A DNA stretch of 64,000 nucleotides from Sphingopyxis sp. (GTDB lineage Bacteria; Pseudomonadota; Alphaproteobacteria; Sphingomonadales; Sphingomonadaceae). The position numbers and the translations under genes were made by a program. Location: positions 246,126 to 310,125 of the forward strand of contig NZ_DASRYZ010000006.1 of NCBI RefSeq assembly GCF_035686825.1, given 5' to 3'. Below are positions 28,919 to 37,029 of the stretch, piece by piece. The stretch's first letter is position 1. Each line of letters begins with the position of its first letter. The notes below the pieces were generated by a model. The model ran no database searches. It had not been told where the DNA came from and saw nothing but the letters and a program-made list of their open reading frames with translations.

Positions 28919-29704
28919 ATGCGCCTCAAAGGAAAGACCGCCCTCGTCACCGGATCGACCTCGGGCATCGGGCTCGGCATCGCGAAAGCCTTCGCCGCCG
29001 ACGGCGCCGACATCATCATCAACGGTTTCGGCGACGCCGATGCGGTCGAGGCCGAGCGCAAGGGGCTGGAGGCGATCAGCGGGGGCAAGGCGGGCTATGA
29101 CGGCGCCGACCTGACCAAGCCCGAAGAGATCGAGGCGATGTTCGCGCGCGCGGACAAGGATTTCGGCGGGGTCGACATCCTCGTCAACAATGCGGGCATG
29201 CAGTTCGTCTCGCCGGTCGAGGACTTCCCGGTCGAGAAGTGGGACATGATCATCGCGCTCAACCTGACCGCGGCGTTCCACACGATCCGTCACGCCGTGC
29301 CGGGGATGCGCAGGAAGAAATGGGGGCGGATCATCGGCACCGCCTCTGCGCACTCGCTCGTCGCCTCGCCGTTCAAATCGGCCTATGTCACGGCAAAGCA
29401 CGGGCTCGCGGGGCTCACCAAGACCGTCGCGCTCGAAGTCGCCGACGCCGGGATCACGGTCAATTGCATCAGCCCGGGCTATGTCTGGACGCCGCTCGTC
29501 GAGAACCAGATCCCCGACACGATGAAGGCGCGGGGTATGACGCGCGAGCAGGTGATCAACGACGTGCTGCTCGCGGGGCAGCCGACGAAACAGTTCGTCA
29601 CGGTCGAACAGGTCGCGGCGCTCGCGAGCTTCCTCACGCGCGACGAGGCGGCGAACATCACGGGCGCGAACCTCAGCGTCGATGGCGGCTGGACCGCGGC
29701 TTGA
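28919..29704 (+). CDS. bdhA: 3-hydroxybutyrate dehydrogenase (SDR family)
   Basis: Met92 of track ORF 28646-29704. TGSTSGIGLGIA cofactor motif, NNAG, and the YVTAKHG catalytic YxxxK. The end-to-end pattern is typical of D-beta-hydroxybutyrate dehydrogenases. Confidence 0.85.
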   Translation: MRLKGKTALVTGSTSGIGLGIAKAFAADGADIIINGFGDADAVEAERKGLEAISGGKAGYDGADLTKPEEIEAMFARADKDFGGVDILVNNAGMQFVSPVEDFPVEKWDMIIALNLTAAFHTIRHAVPGMRRKKWGRIIGTASAHSLVASPFKSAYVTAKHGLAGLTKTVALEVADAGITVNCISPGYVWTPLVENQIPDTMKARGMTREQVINDVLLAGQPTKQFVTVEQVAALASFLTRDEAANITGANLSVDGGWTAA

Positions 29705-29777
29705 TCCGCTCCGCCCTTGAGCAATCTCCTTTGCGCTCCTAAGGTTAACCACAAGGGGTCGGGGAGAGAAGAGAATC

Positions 29778-30425
29778 ATGGGTCGCTCCATTTGGGTTTT
29801 AACCGCGGCGCTCGGCATAGCCCTCAGCGCCTGCCGTACCGTGCCATCCGTTCCGCCGTCGTCGGCCGATGCGCCGCCGTCCGAGGCGACGGGCACCTGG
29901 CGCGCGACCGCGACCGATGCCGACAAGCAGCGGATCCGCGGCTGGTACAGCAGCTGGCAGGCGGCGCTCGCCGACGCGCGCGCCAAGGGCTTCGGCGCCG
30001 ACATCGACCGCGAGGGTGCGCTGCTCCAGCCGATGGCGGCTTTGCCCAACCCGCATCTGCCCGCGGGCGAATATCGTTGCCGGACCATCAAGATCGGCGC
30101 GCAGGGACGCGGGGCGCTCGGCTATATCGCCTATGGCTGGTTCCGCTGCCGCGTCGCGCCCGAGCAGGGATTGTCGAGCCTGACCAAGCTGTCGGGGTCG
30201 CAGCGCCCGGTGGGCCTTATCTTTCCCGACAATCTGAAGCGCCAGGTCTTCCTCGGCACGCTCGAACTCGGCGACGAGGAGATGGCGATCAATTACGGCA
30301 GCGACCGGATGCGCGACATGGCGGGGCTGATCGAACGGATCGGCGACAATCGCTGGCGGCTCGTGCTGCCCGCGCCGGCGTATGAATCGCTGCTCGACGT
30401 GATCGAACTGGTCCCGGCGGGCTGA
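29778..30425 (+). CDS. Hypothetical lipoprotein
   Basis: 215 aa with the lipobox LGIALSAC. No catalytic motif recognised. It may belong to a DUF family, which I cannot verify. Confidence 0.55.
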   Translation: MGRSIWVLTAALGIALSACRTVPSVPPSSADAPPSEATGTWRATATDADKQRIRGWYSSWQAALADARAKGFGADIDREGALLQPMAALPNPHLPAGEYRCRTIKIGAQGRGALGYIAYGWFRCRVAPEQGLSSLTKLSGSQRPVGLIFPDNLKRQVFLGTLELGDEEMAINYGSDRMRDMAGLIERIGDNRWRLVLPAPAYESLLDVIELVPAG

Positions 30426-30467
30426 CCGGCCGTCCGAACGGAAAAACCGACAAACAGGGGAAAGACG

Positions 30468-31793
30468 ATGCGGAATTTGTGGACGGGCGCGGCGGCGCTG
30501 GCCTTGACGGTATCGGGCGCGATGCCCGCGGCGGCGCAGGCGCTGCGCGGCGAGGTCGAGCAGCAGATGCCGTCGCTGATGGCGATCTACAAGGATCTGC
30601 ACGCCCACCCCGAACTCAGCTTCATGGAGGTCCGCTCGGCGGGCATCCTCGCCGCCGAGGCGCGCAAGCTGGGCTTCAAGGTCACCGAGAAGGTCGGCGG
30701 CACCGGCATCGTCGCGGTGATGGAGAACGGCCCCGGCCCGGTCGTGATGGTCCGTGCCGACATGGACGGCCTGCCCGTGACCGAGCAGACGGGCCTGCCC
30801 GGCGCGTCGAAGGTGCGTGTCACCACCAAGGAAGGCGTCGAAACCGGTGTGATGCACGCGTGCGGCCACGACACGCATATGACCGCGTGGATCGGTGTCG
30901 CGCGGCTGATGGCGGCGAACAAGGATAAGTGGTCGGGAACGCTGGTGATGATCGGCCAGCCCGCCGAAGAACGCGGCGCGGGCGCGCGGATGATGCTCGA
31001 GGACGGGCTTTATACGCGCTTCCCGAAACCCGAATATGTGCTCGCCTTCCACGACGCGGCGCAGTTTCCCGCGGGCAAGATCGGCTATACGCCGGGCTAT
31101 GCGCTCGCCAATGTCGATAGCGTCGACATTTTGGTGAAGGGCGTCGGCGGCCACGGCGCCTATCCGCAGGCGACGAAGGACCCGATCGTGCTTGGGAGCC
31201 GCATCGTCGGCGCGCTCCAGACCTTGGTGTCGCGCGAAGTCAGCCCGCTCGACAGCGCGGTGGTGACGGTCGGCAGCTTTCACGCCGGCGCCAAGCATAA
31301 TATCATTTCCGACGAAGCGCGGCTGCAGCTGACGGTGCGCAGCTATACCGATGCGGTGCGTGACCATCTGCTGGACGGTATCGCGCGAATCGCGAAGGGC
31401 GAGGCGATCGCGGCGGGCGTGCCCGAGGACCGGATGCCGGTGGTGACGGTGCAGCGCGACGAATATACGCCCGCGACCTTCAACACCCCCGAATTCACCG
31501 AGGAAATGGCGGCGTTCCTGACGACGAGCTTCGGCGAGGAACGCGTGGTCAAGATGCCGCCGGTGATGGGCGGCGAGGATTTCGGCCGCTTCGGGCGCGA
31601 GGACAAGAGCATCAAGAGCCTGATCGTGTGGGTCGGCGGGGTGCCGCAGGCCGAATATGACGCGGCGAAGAAGGAAGGCCGCACGCTGCCGAGCCTCCAC
31701 TCGCCCTTCTGGGCGCCCGACGCGCCCGCGGTGATCTCGACCGCGACCGAGGCGCTGACCGCGATGACGATGAAACTGATGACGAAGGGGTAG
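30468..31793 (+). CDS. M20 family amidohydrolase (hippurate hydrolase / N-acyl-amino acid amidohydrolase-like), secreted
   Basis: 441 aa. Signal peptide, metal-binding HACGHDTH, and GQPAEE. Confidence 0.9.
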   Translation: MRNLWTGAAALALTVSGAMPAAAQALRGEVEQQMPSLMAIYKDLHAHPELSFMEVRSAGILAAEARKLGFKVTEKVGGTGIVAVMENGPGPVVMVRADMDGLPVTEQTGLPGASKVRVTTKEGVETGVMHACGHDTHMTAWIGVARLMAANKDKWSGTLVMIGQPAEERGAGARMMLEDGLYTRFPKPEYVLAFHDAAQFPAGKIGYTPGYALANVDSVDILVKGVGGHGAYPQATKDPIVLGSRIVGALQTLVSREVSPLDSAVVTVGSFHAGAKHNIISDEARLQLTVRSYTDAVRDHLLDGIARIAKGEAIAAGVPEDRMPVVTVQRDEYTPATFNTPEFTEEMAAFLTTSFGEERVVKMPPVMGGEDFGRFGREDKSIKSLIVWVGGVPQAEYDAAKKEGRTLPSLHSPFWAPDAPAVISTATEALTAMTMKLMTKG

Positions 31794-31837
31794 GCGGAGA
31801 CGCTTCTCTCCACGCTCGGTCTGGTCGCGCTGCCCTT

Positions 31838-31854
31838 TCCCAATTAAATTGGGA
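31838..31854. promoter_or_regulatory. 17-bp perfect palindrome, candidate operator
   Basis: TCCCAATT-A-AATTGGGA is AT-rich and lies 36 nt upstream of the LuxR-type gene start. Confidence 0.35.
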
Positions 31855-31889
31855 TGGACCTGTTCGTGAGGCTGTGGTGAGCGAAAGAC

Positions 31890-32714
31890 ATGTCTGCCAA
31901 TGAACCCGCTCCCGGCTTGTCCGCATGCCTCACCGACCGGGAAATGGAAATTTTGCGCCTGTTGGTCGCCGGGCACACCGTCAAGACCATCGCGGCGCGC
32001 CTGGGACGTTCGGAAACCTCGATTAACGAGCGTTTGCGCTCCGCCCGCCGGAAAACGGGCGTCGGCAGCAGCCGCGAATTGGCGCGGCTTCTGGACCGCC
32101 AAAAAACTTGTGACGAAAATATCGATCTTTCGAGCCGCCGCTCCACCGGGAAAGACTTGGCGCACACCGCGACCGTTGGGGTTCGTGGTTCGAAAGGAAT
32201 GATCGCCATGCTCATTGCAATTCCCCTCGCCGCCGCCGGATTAATGTTCGCGGCCGCCCCTTCCGCCGATCAGGCGGGAACAGCCGACGCCGTCCACAGC
32301 GCGGCATCGCAGCAGCTCCCGCTGGCCGGAAGCTGGTCGCTGGACGCATCCGCCATGCCCGAGAATGAAAGGCCGCAACGGGTGACGATGACGTTTCGCG
32401 CATCGCAAGACGGCAAATGGACAACGCGGGTCGACATCGTCGCGCCCGACGGCTCCAGCAAGCATGCGGAATCGACCGCCGCGCTCGATGGCGTCGCCGT
32501 ACCGGTCACCGGCAATATGGATTTCATCGACAGCGTTGCCTTGCGCCAGCCGGCACCGGACACATTGGTGATGACGCTGGGAAAGGCGGGCGCGCGAGTG
32601 TCGACGCGCGTTTACACCGTCGCCAAGGATCTGAAATCCATGACCGAAACGATCGTCTGGTCCAGCGACAAGCTTCAAAAACTGGAAACGACGCATTTTA
32701 ATCGCGTTTCCTGA
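31890..32714 (+). CDS. Membrane-anchored LuxR/GerE-type HTH protein with an extracytoplasmic domain
   Basis: N-terminal GerE HTH (LTDREMEILRLLVAGHTVKTIAARLGRSETSINERL), one TM segment (MIAMLIAIPLAAAGLMFAAA), and a C-terminal domain of about 140 aa. Confidence 0.7.
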   Translation: MSANEPAPGLSACLTDREMEILRLLVAGHTVKTIAARLGRSETSINERLRSARRKTGVGSSRELARLLDRQKTCDENIDLSSRRSTGKDLAHTATVGVRGSKGMIAMLIAIPLAAAGLMFAAAPSADQAGTADAVHSAASQQLPLAGSWSLDASAMPENERPQRVTMTFRASQDGKWTTRVDIVAPDGSSKHAESTAALDGVAVPVTGNMDFIDSVALRQPAPDTLVMTLGKAGARVSTRVYTVAKDLKSMTETIVWSSDKLQKLETTHFNRVS

Positions 32715-32869
32715 TCGCTTACACCGGCATCGAGCGGGGCTTCGAAGAAATGCCGGACCTCACGCGTTCGCGGCCTGCGAAGTTGCAGACGCCGCGCGCG
32801 AAACGCCCCCCTCCCAACCTTCGGCACCTCGGGCTTGCCCCCGGGGGGCCGCCTTGTATGGCTTCTCCG

Positions 32870-33640
32870 TCATTCCCCCGTGAAAGCGGCGAAGCTGCCG
32901 CCGCGGCCTGCCCCTTCGGTAAAGCGTTTTGCGCCCATCGCGGCGCCTTCGCGCAAGGGGGCGACGCCGGCATGGGCTTCGTGCGCGAGCGCGCCCGTGA
33001 TGTCGAAATCCCATTGGCGGTACGCGCTCAGCCGGTCGCTGTTCATGCAGATTTGCGGGAAGGCGGCGACCTGTTTGGCGAGCTCGACCGCGGCGGTGAG
33101 CGCGGTCCCGTCGGCGACGACGCGGTCGGCGAGGCCGATGCGGTGGGCTTCGTCGGCGGCAACGGGGCGGCCGGTCAGGATCATGTCGAGCGCGCGGCCC
33201 TGGCCGACGATACGTGGCAGGCGGACGGTGCCGCCGTCGATCAGTGGCACGCCCCAGCGGCGGCAATAGACGCCGAAGACCGCGCTTTGGGCGGCGACGC
33301 GCAGATCGCACCAGAGCGCGAGTTCGAGCCCGCCGGCGACGGCGTGGCCCTCGATCGCGGCGATCACCGGCTTTTCGAGCAGCATCCGCGTCGGACCCAT
33401 CGGCCCGGGGCCGTCGGGGTCGTAGCGACTGGCGCCGACCGCGCCGAGGTCGAAGCCCGCACAGAAATGGCCGTCGCTGCCGGTGAGGATCGCGACCTTC
33501 GCATCCTTGTCGGCCGCGAAGGCGGTGAAGGCGTCGCGCAGGGCGTCGGCGGTCGCGGGATCGACCGCGTTGCGCTTCGCCGGGCGATCGATCGTGACGA
33601 TCGTGACGGATCCGTCCTTTGCGATTTCGACGCTCATCAT
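32870..33640 (-). CDS. Enoyl-CoA hydratase/isomerase (crotonase) family protein
   Basis: 256 aa with the typical crotonase pattern (NAVD, FCAGFDL, AAIEGHAVAGGLELALWCD). Confidence 0.9.
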   Translation of the reverse strand: MMSVEIAKDGSVTIVTIDRPAKRNAVDPATADALRDAFTAFAADKDAKVAILTGSDGHFCAGFDLGAVGASRYDPDGPGPMGPTRMLLEKPVIAAIEGHAVAGGLELALWCDLRVAAQSAVFGVYCRRWGVPLIDGGTVRLPRIVGQGRALDMILTGRPVAADEAHRIGLADRVVADGTALTAAVELAKQVAAFPQICMNSDRLSAYRQWDFDITGALAHEAHAGVAPLREGAAMGAKRFTEGAGRGGSFAAFTGE

Positions 33641-33684
33641 GCTTGCTCCTTCATCGGATAGAGCGTGGCGCGGCGCGGGGGGAC

Positions 33685-33713
33685 TTGCAAGCGGCGGGCG
33701 GGCTTCCTAAATA
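33685..33713 (+). promoter_or_regulatory. Sigma-70-like promoter candidate
   Basis: TTGCAA-N17-TAAATA, with the spacing counted by hand. It lies about 165 nt upstream of the small ORF at 33879. Confidence 0.4.
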
Positions 33714-33878
33714 TAAGTCATGCGGGCCGGGCCCCTCTGGCGTCGGCGGGACATATCCCGCCACGTGATGTCGGACCGCATCGGGTGACACCGATGCTCT
33801 GGCCCTTTCTCCCCCCTGTTTTGAGGGTTTCGGCATCGGCGTCACCTGCTTGATTTTTCAATCAGGAGGCCCTTTTCG

Positions 33879-34073
33879 ATGACATTTTCTCCCAATTTCT
33901 ATCGCCTGACTTTGCTCCATCGCCAGCTCGACGATGCCGAGCGGCGCGAGACGCGCCGGCGCGGCGCCGACCCGTTTCGCCTGCTGCGGCTGAAGACGCT
34001 GAAGCTCGCGGTCAAGGAGCGGCTGGCGGCACTGACGCTCCGGCCATCGCTGCGCCCGGCGCTCGTCCGCTAA
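33879..34073 (+). CDS. Small YdcH/DUF465-like protein (hypothetical)
   Basis: 64 aa. AGGAGG lies 9 nt upstream of the ATG. The coiled-coil-like LHRQLDDAE...LRLKTLKLAVKERL resembles the DUF465 pattern as I recall it. Confidence 0.5.
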   Translation: MTFSPNFYRLTLLHRQLDDAERRETRRRGADPFRLLRLKTLKLAVKERLAALTLRPSLRPALVR

Positions 34074-34142
34074 TCCCCCAGAAATGACGATCGGGAGCGC
34101 TGCCGAAAGGCGGCGCGCTCGGCATATCCAGGGAATATCATC

Positions 34143-35129
34143 ATGGAATTTTTGTTCGCCGACTGGCTGGGGACCCCGGCCTGGTTCTGGCTGTCGTTCA
34201 TCGCGCTCGTCGTCGCGCTCACCGCCTTCGACCTCGGCATCCTCAACAAAGAGAATAAGGAGATGGGGATCGGCGAGAGTTTGAAGCTCTCGGCGCTCTA
34301 TATCGGCATCGCGATGGCGTTCGGCGCGTGGGTCTGGGCCGCGAAGGGCGGCGAGGCGGGGCTGCAATATTACACCGGCTTCTTTATCGAGAAGGCGCTG
34401 TCGATCGACAATATCTTCGTCATTTCGCTGATCTTCGCGACCTTCGCGATCCCGCCGCGCTACCAGTATCGCGCGCTTTTGTGGGGTATCGTCGCGGTGA
34501 TCATACTGCGCGGGATTATGATCGCGGGCGGTGCGGCGCTGGTCACCGAATATGGCTGGCTGCTCTATGTGTTTGCGGCCTTCCTCGTCTTCACCGGCGT
34601 CAAGATGCTGTTCGCGGGCGAAAAGCCGATGGATGTCGCGGGCAATCCGGTCGTCAGATGGCTGTCGCGGCACATCCCGATCACCAACGAGCTGCACGGC
34701 GAAAAATTCTTCGTGCGCGTGCCCGATACGAAGACGGGCAGGGCCGTGCTCGCGGCGACGCCTTTGTTCCTCGCGCTCGTCGTGATCAACCTCGCCGATC
34801 TGGTGTTCGCGGTCGACAGCGTGCCGGCGATCTTCGCGATCACCACCGACACCTTCATCGTCTATACCTCGAACATCATGGCGATCCTCGGCCTGCGCGC
34901 GCTCTATTTCGCGCTGTCGGCGATGCTGCACCGTTTCCATTACCTCAAATATGCGTTGGCGCTGGTGCTGGTGTTCATCGGGTCGAAAATCTTCGTCGCC
35001 GACTTCATCCTCGGCGGCGACAAATTCCCGCCGCTGGTCAGCCTGGGCGTGACCGTGGCGCTGATCGCGGGCGGGGTGATCTGGTCGCTGGTCAAGACGC
35101 GCGACGAAGAAGCGGCGCTCCCGCAATAA
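34143..35129 (+). CDS. TerC family integral membrane protein
   Basis: 328 aa, polytopic. TerC signatures EKALSIDNIFV and AVDSVPAIFAIT. Confidence 0.92.
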   Translation: MEFLFADWLGTPAWFWLSFIALVVALTAFDLGILNKENKEMGIGESLKLSALYIGIAMAFGAWVWAAKGGEAGLQYYTGFFIEKALSIDNIFVISLIFATFAIPPRYQYRALLWGIVAVIILRGIMIAGGAALVTEYGWLLYVFAAFLVFTGVKMLFAGEKPMDVAGNPVVRWLSRHIPITNELHGEKFFVRVPDTKTGRAVLAATPLFLALVVINLADLVFAVDSVPAIFAITTDTFIVYTSNIMAILGLRALYFALSAMLHRFHYLKYALALVLVFIGSKIFVADFILGGDKFPPLVSLGVTVALIAGGVIWSLVKTRDEEAALPQ

Positions 35130-35132
35130 AAA

Positions 35133-35185
35133 TGTCCGCCGGAAGCGCAAGGCTTCCGACGGACAGGCTTTCCTCCCCAGGAAAG
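35133..35185. terminator. Two hairpins between the convergent terC-like gene and aceA
   Basis: GTCCGCCGGAAGC-GCAAG-GCTTCCGACGGAC (35133-35163) and GCTTTCCT-CCCC-AGGAAAGC (35166-35185). Neither has a strong T-run. Confidence 0.5.
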
Positions 35186-35276
35186 CTCGGTAGGCGCGGG
35201 ACGTTTGTGCACGGCGTTCCGCGCCGAGAGGGTTGGCGCGAGGGGTTGCAACGGGGCCCCTCGCGCCGAACTCGGA

Positions 35277-36869
35277 TCAGGCGGCGAACTGGTTCATCGT
35301 GTTGTCCTTGCCCGCCGCTTTGAGGGCGGCTTCGCCGGCGAAATATTCCTTATGGTCGTCGCCGATGTCGCTACCCGACATATTCTGATGCTTCACGCAG
35401 GCGATGCCCTGGCGGATCTCGGCGCGCTGGACGCCCTTGACGTAGCCGAGCATCGCTTCGTCGCCGAAATATTCCTTGGCGAGATTGTCGGTGCTGAGCG
35501 CCGCGGTGTGATAGGTCGGCAGGGTGATGAGGTGGTGGAAGATGCCCGCCCGCTTCGCCGCGTCGCGCTGGAAAGTGCGGATGCGGTTGTCGGCTTCTTC
35601 GCCGAGCGGGGTCGCGTCGTAATCGGCGCTCATCAGCTTGGCGCGGTCATAGGCGCTGACGTCCTTGCCCTCGGCCTGCCAGCTGTCGAACACCTGCTGG
35701 CGGAAGTTGAGCGTCCAGTTGAAGCTCGGCGAATTATTATAGGCGAGCTTCGCATTGGGGACGACTTCGCGGATACGGTCGACCATGGAGGCGATCTGTT
35801 CGATGTGCGGCTTTTCGGTTTCGATCCAGAGCAGGTCGGCGCCGTTCTGCAGGCTCGCGATGCAGTCCATTACGCAGCGATCCTCGCCGGTTCCGGGGCG
35901 GAACTGATAGAGGTTCGAGGGCAGGCGCTTCGGGCGCATCAGCTTGCCGTCGCGGTTGATCAGGACGTCGCCGGGGTTGCCCGCGCCGTCGACCTCTTCG
36001 CAGTCGAGGAAGCTGTTATAGCGGTCGCCGAGGTCGCCGGGCTCCTTCGAGAAGGCGATCTGCTTGGTGAGGCCCGCGCCGAGGCTGTCGGTGCGCGTCA
36101 CGATGATGCCGTCCTCGACGCCGAGTTCCATGAAGGCGTAGCGACAGGCGCGGATCTTGGCGATGAAGTCCTCGTGCGGCACGGTGACCTTGCCATCCTG
36201 GTGACCGCACTGCTTTTCGTCCGAGACCTGATTTTCGATCTGCAGCGCGCAGGCGCCGGCCTCGATCATCTTCTTGGCGAGCAGATAGGTCGCCTCGGCA
36301 TTGCCGAAGCCCGCGTCGATGTCGGCGATGATCGGCACGACGTGCGTTTCGTGATTGTCGATCGCGGCCTGAACCTGCTTCGCCTTGAGCTCGTCGCCCT
36401 CGGCGCGCGCGGCGTCGAGATCGCGGAACAGCATGCCGAGTTCGCGGGCGTCGGCTTGGCGGAGGAAGGTGTAGATTTCCTCGATCAGCGCCGGAACGCT
36501 GGTTTTTTCGTGCATCGACTGGTCGGGCAGCGGACCGAATTCGCTGCGCAGCGCGGCGATCATCCAGCCCGAGAGATAGATGTAGCGGCCCTTGACGGTG
36601 CCGAAATGCTTCTTGATCGAGATTATCTTCTGCTGCGCGATGAAGCCGTGCCAGCAGCCGAGCGACTGGGTGTAGTTCGCGGGATCGGCGTCATAGGCGG
36701 CCATGTCGGCGCGCATGATGCGCGCGGTGTAGCGGGCGACGTCGAGGCCGGTGCGGAACTTGTTCTGGGCGCGCATGCGGGCGATGCTTTCGCCGCTGAT
36801 GCCGTCCCACGTGCCGTCGTAATCGCGGATGAGGCGGCCGGCCTGTGCCATGTCTTCTTGGTAGCCCAT
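35277..36869 (-). CDS. aceA: Isocitrate lyase
   Basis: 530 aa. Catalytic loop motif EKQCGHQDGK (KxCGH) and a typical ICL N-terminus. Confidence 0.95.
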   Translation of the reverse strand: MGYQEDMAQAGRLIRDYDGTWDGISGESIARMRAQNKFRTGLDVARYTARIMRADMAAYDADPANYTQSLGCWHGFIAQQKIISIKKHFGTVKGRYIYLSGWMIAALRSEFGPLPDQSMHEKTSVPALIEEIYTFLRQADARELGMLFRDLDAARAEGDELKAKQVQAAIDNHETHVVPIIADIDAGFGNAEATYLLAKKMIEAGACALQIENQVSDEKQCGHQDGKVTVPHEDFIAKIRACRYAFMELGVEDGIIVTRTDSLGAGLTKQIAFSKEPGDLGDRYNSFLDCEEVDGAGNPGDVLINRDGKLMRPKRLPSNLYQFRPGTGEDRCVMDCIASLQNGADLLWIETEKPHIEQIASMVDRIREVVPNAKLAYNNSPSFNWTLNFRQQVFDSWQAEGKDVSAYDRAKLMSADYDATPLGEEADNRIRTFQRDAAKRAGIFHHLITLPTYHTAALSTDNLAKEYFGDEAMLGYVKGVQRAEIRQGIACVKHQNMSGSDIGDDHKEYFAGEAALKAAGKDNTMNQFAA

Positions 36870-36950
36870 CGTCTTGTCCTTCGCTCTGCCCCGTCGGGGG
36901 CGTGAAGAGGTGATGGGGTCAAACTGGCGTCTGAGGCGCCGAAAGTGAAA

Positions 36951-37029
36951 AGCTTTGTCAATAATATTTGTGAAATATAGCGTTTCGGTGTAAAAATGCG
37001 TGTAAATTAGTAAAGAAAGTTACAAAGCT
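36951..37029. promoter_or_regulatory. AT-rich divergent control region with inverted AGCTTTGT(C/A)A motifs
   Basis: AGCTTTGTCAA (36951-36961) and TTACAAAGCT (37020-37029, abutting the regulator ATG) are inverted copies. A GTGTAAA direct repeat occurs at 36988 and 37000. The region is very AT-rich compared with its surroundings. Confidence 0.45.

Noticed and set aside
34074-34142. A yybP-ykoY (Mn2+) riboswitch upstream of the TerC-family gene.
   Set aside because: I could not find the conserved GGGGAGUAG 5' core or the matching 3' core, either in the 69-nt gap or in the longer leader from 33715. An Infernal scan would be the decisive test.
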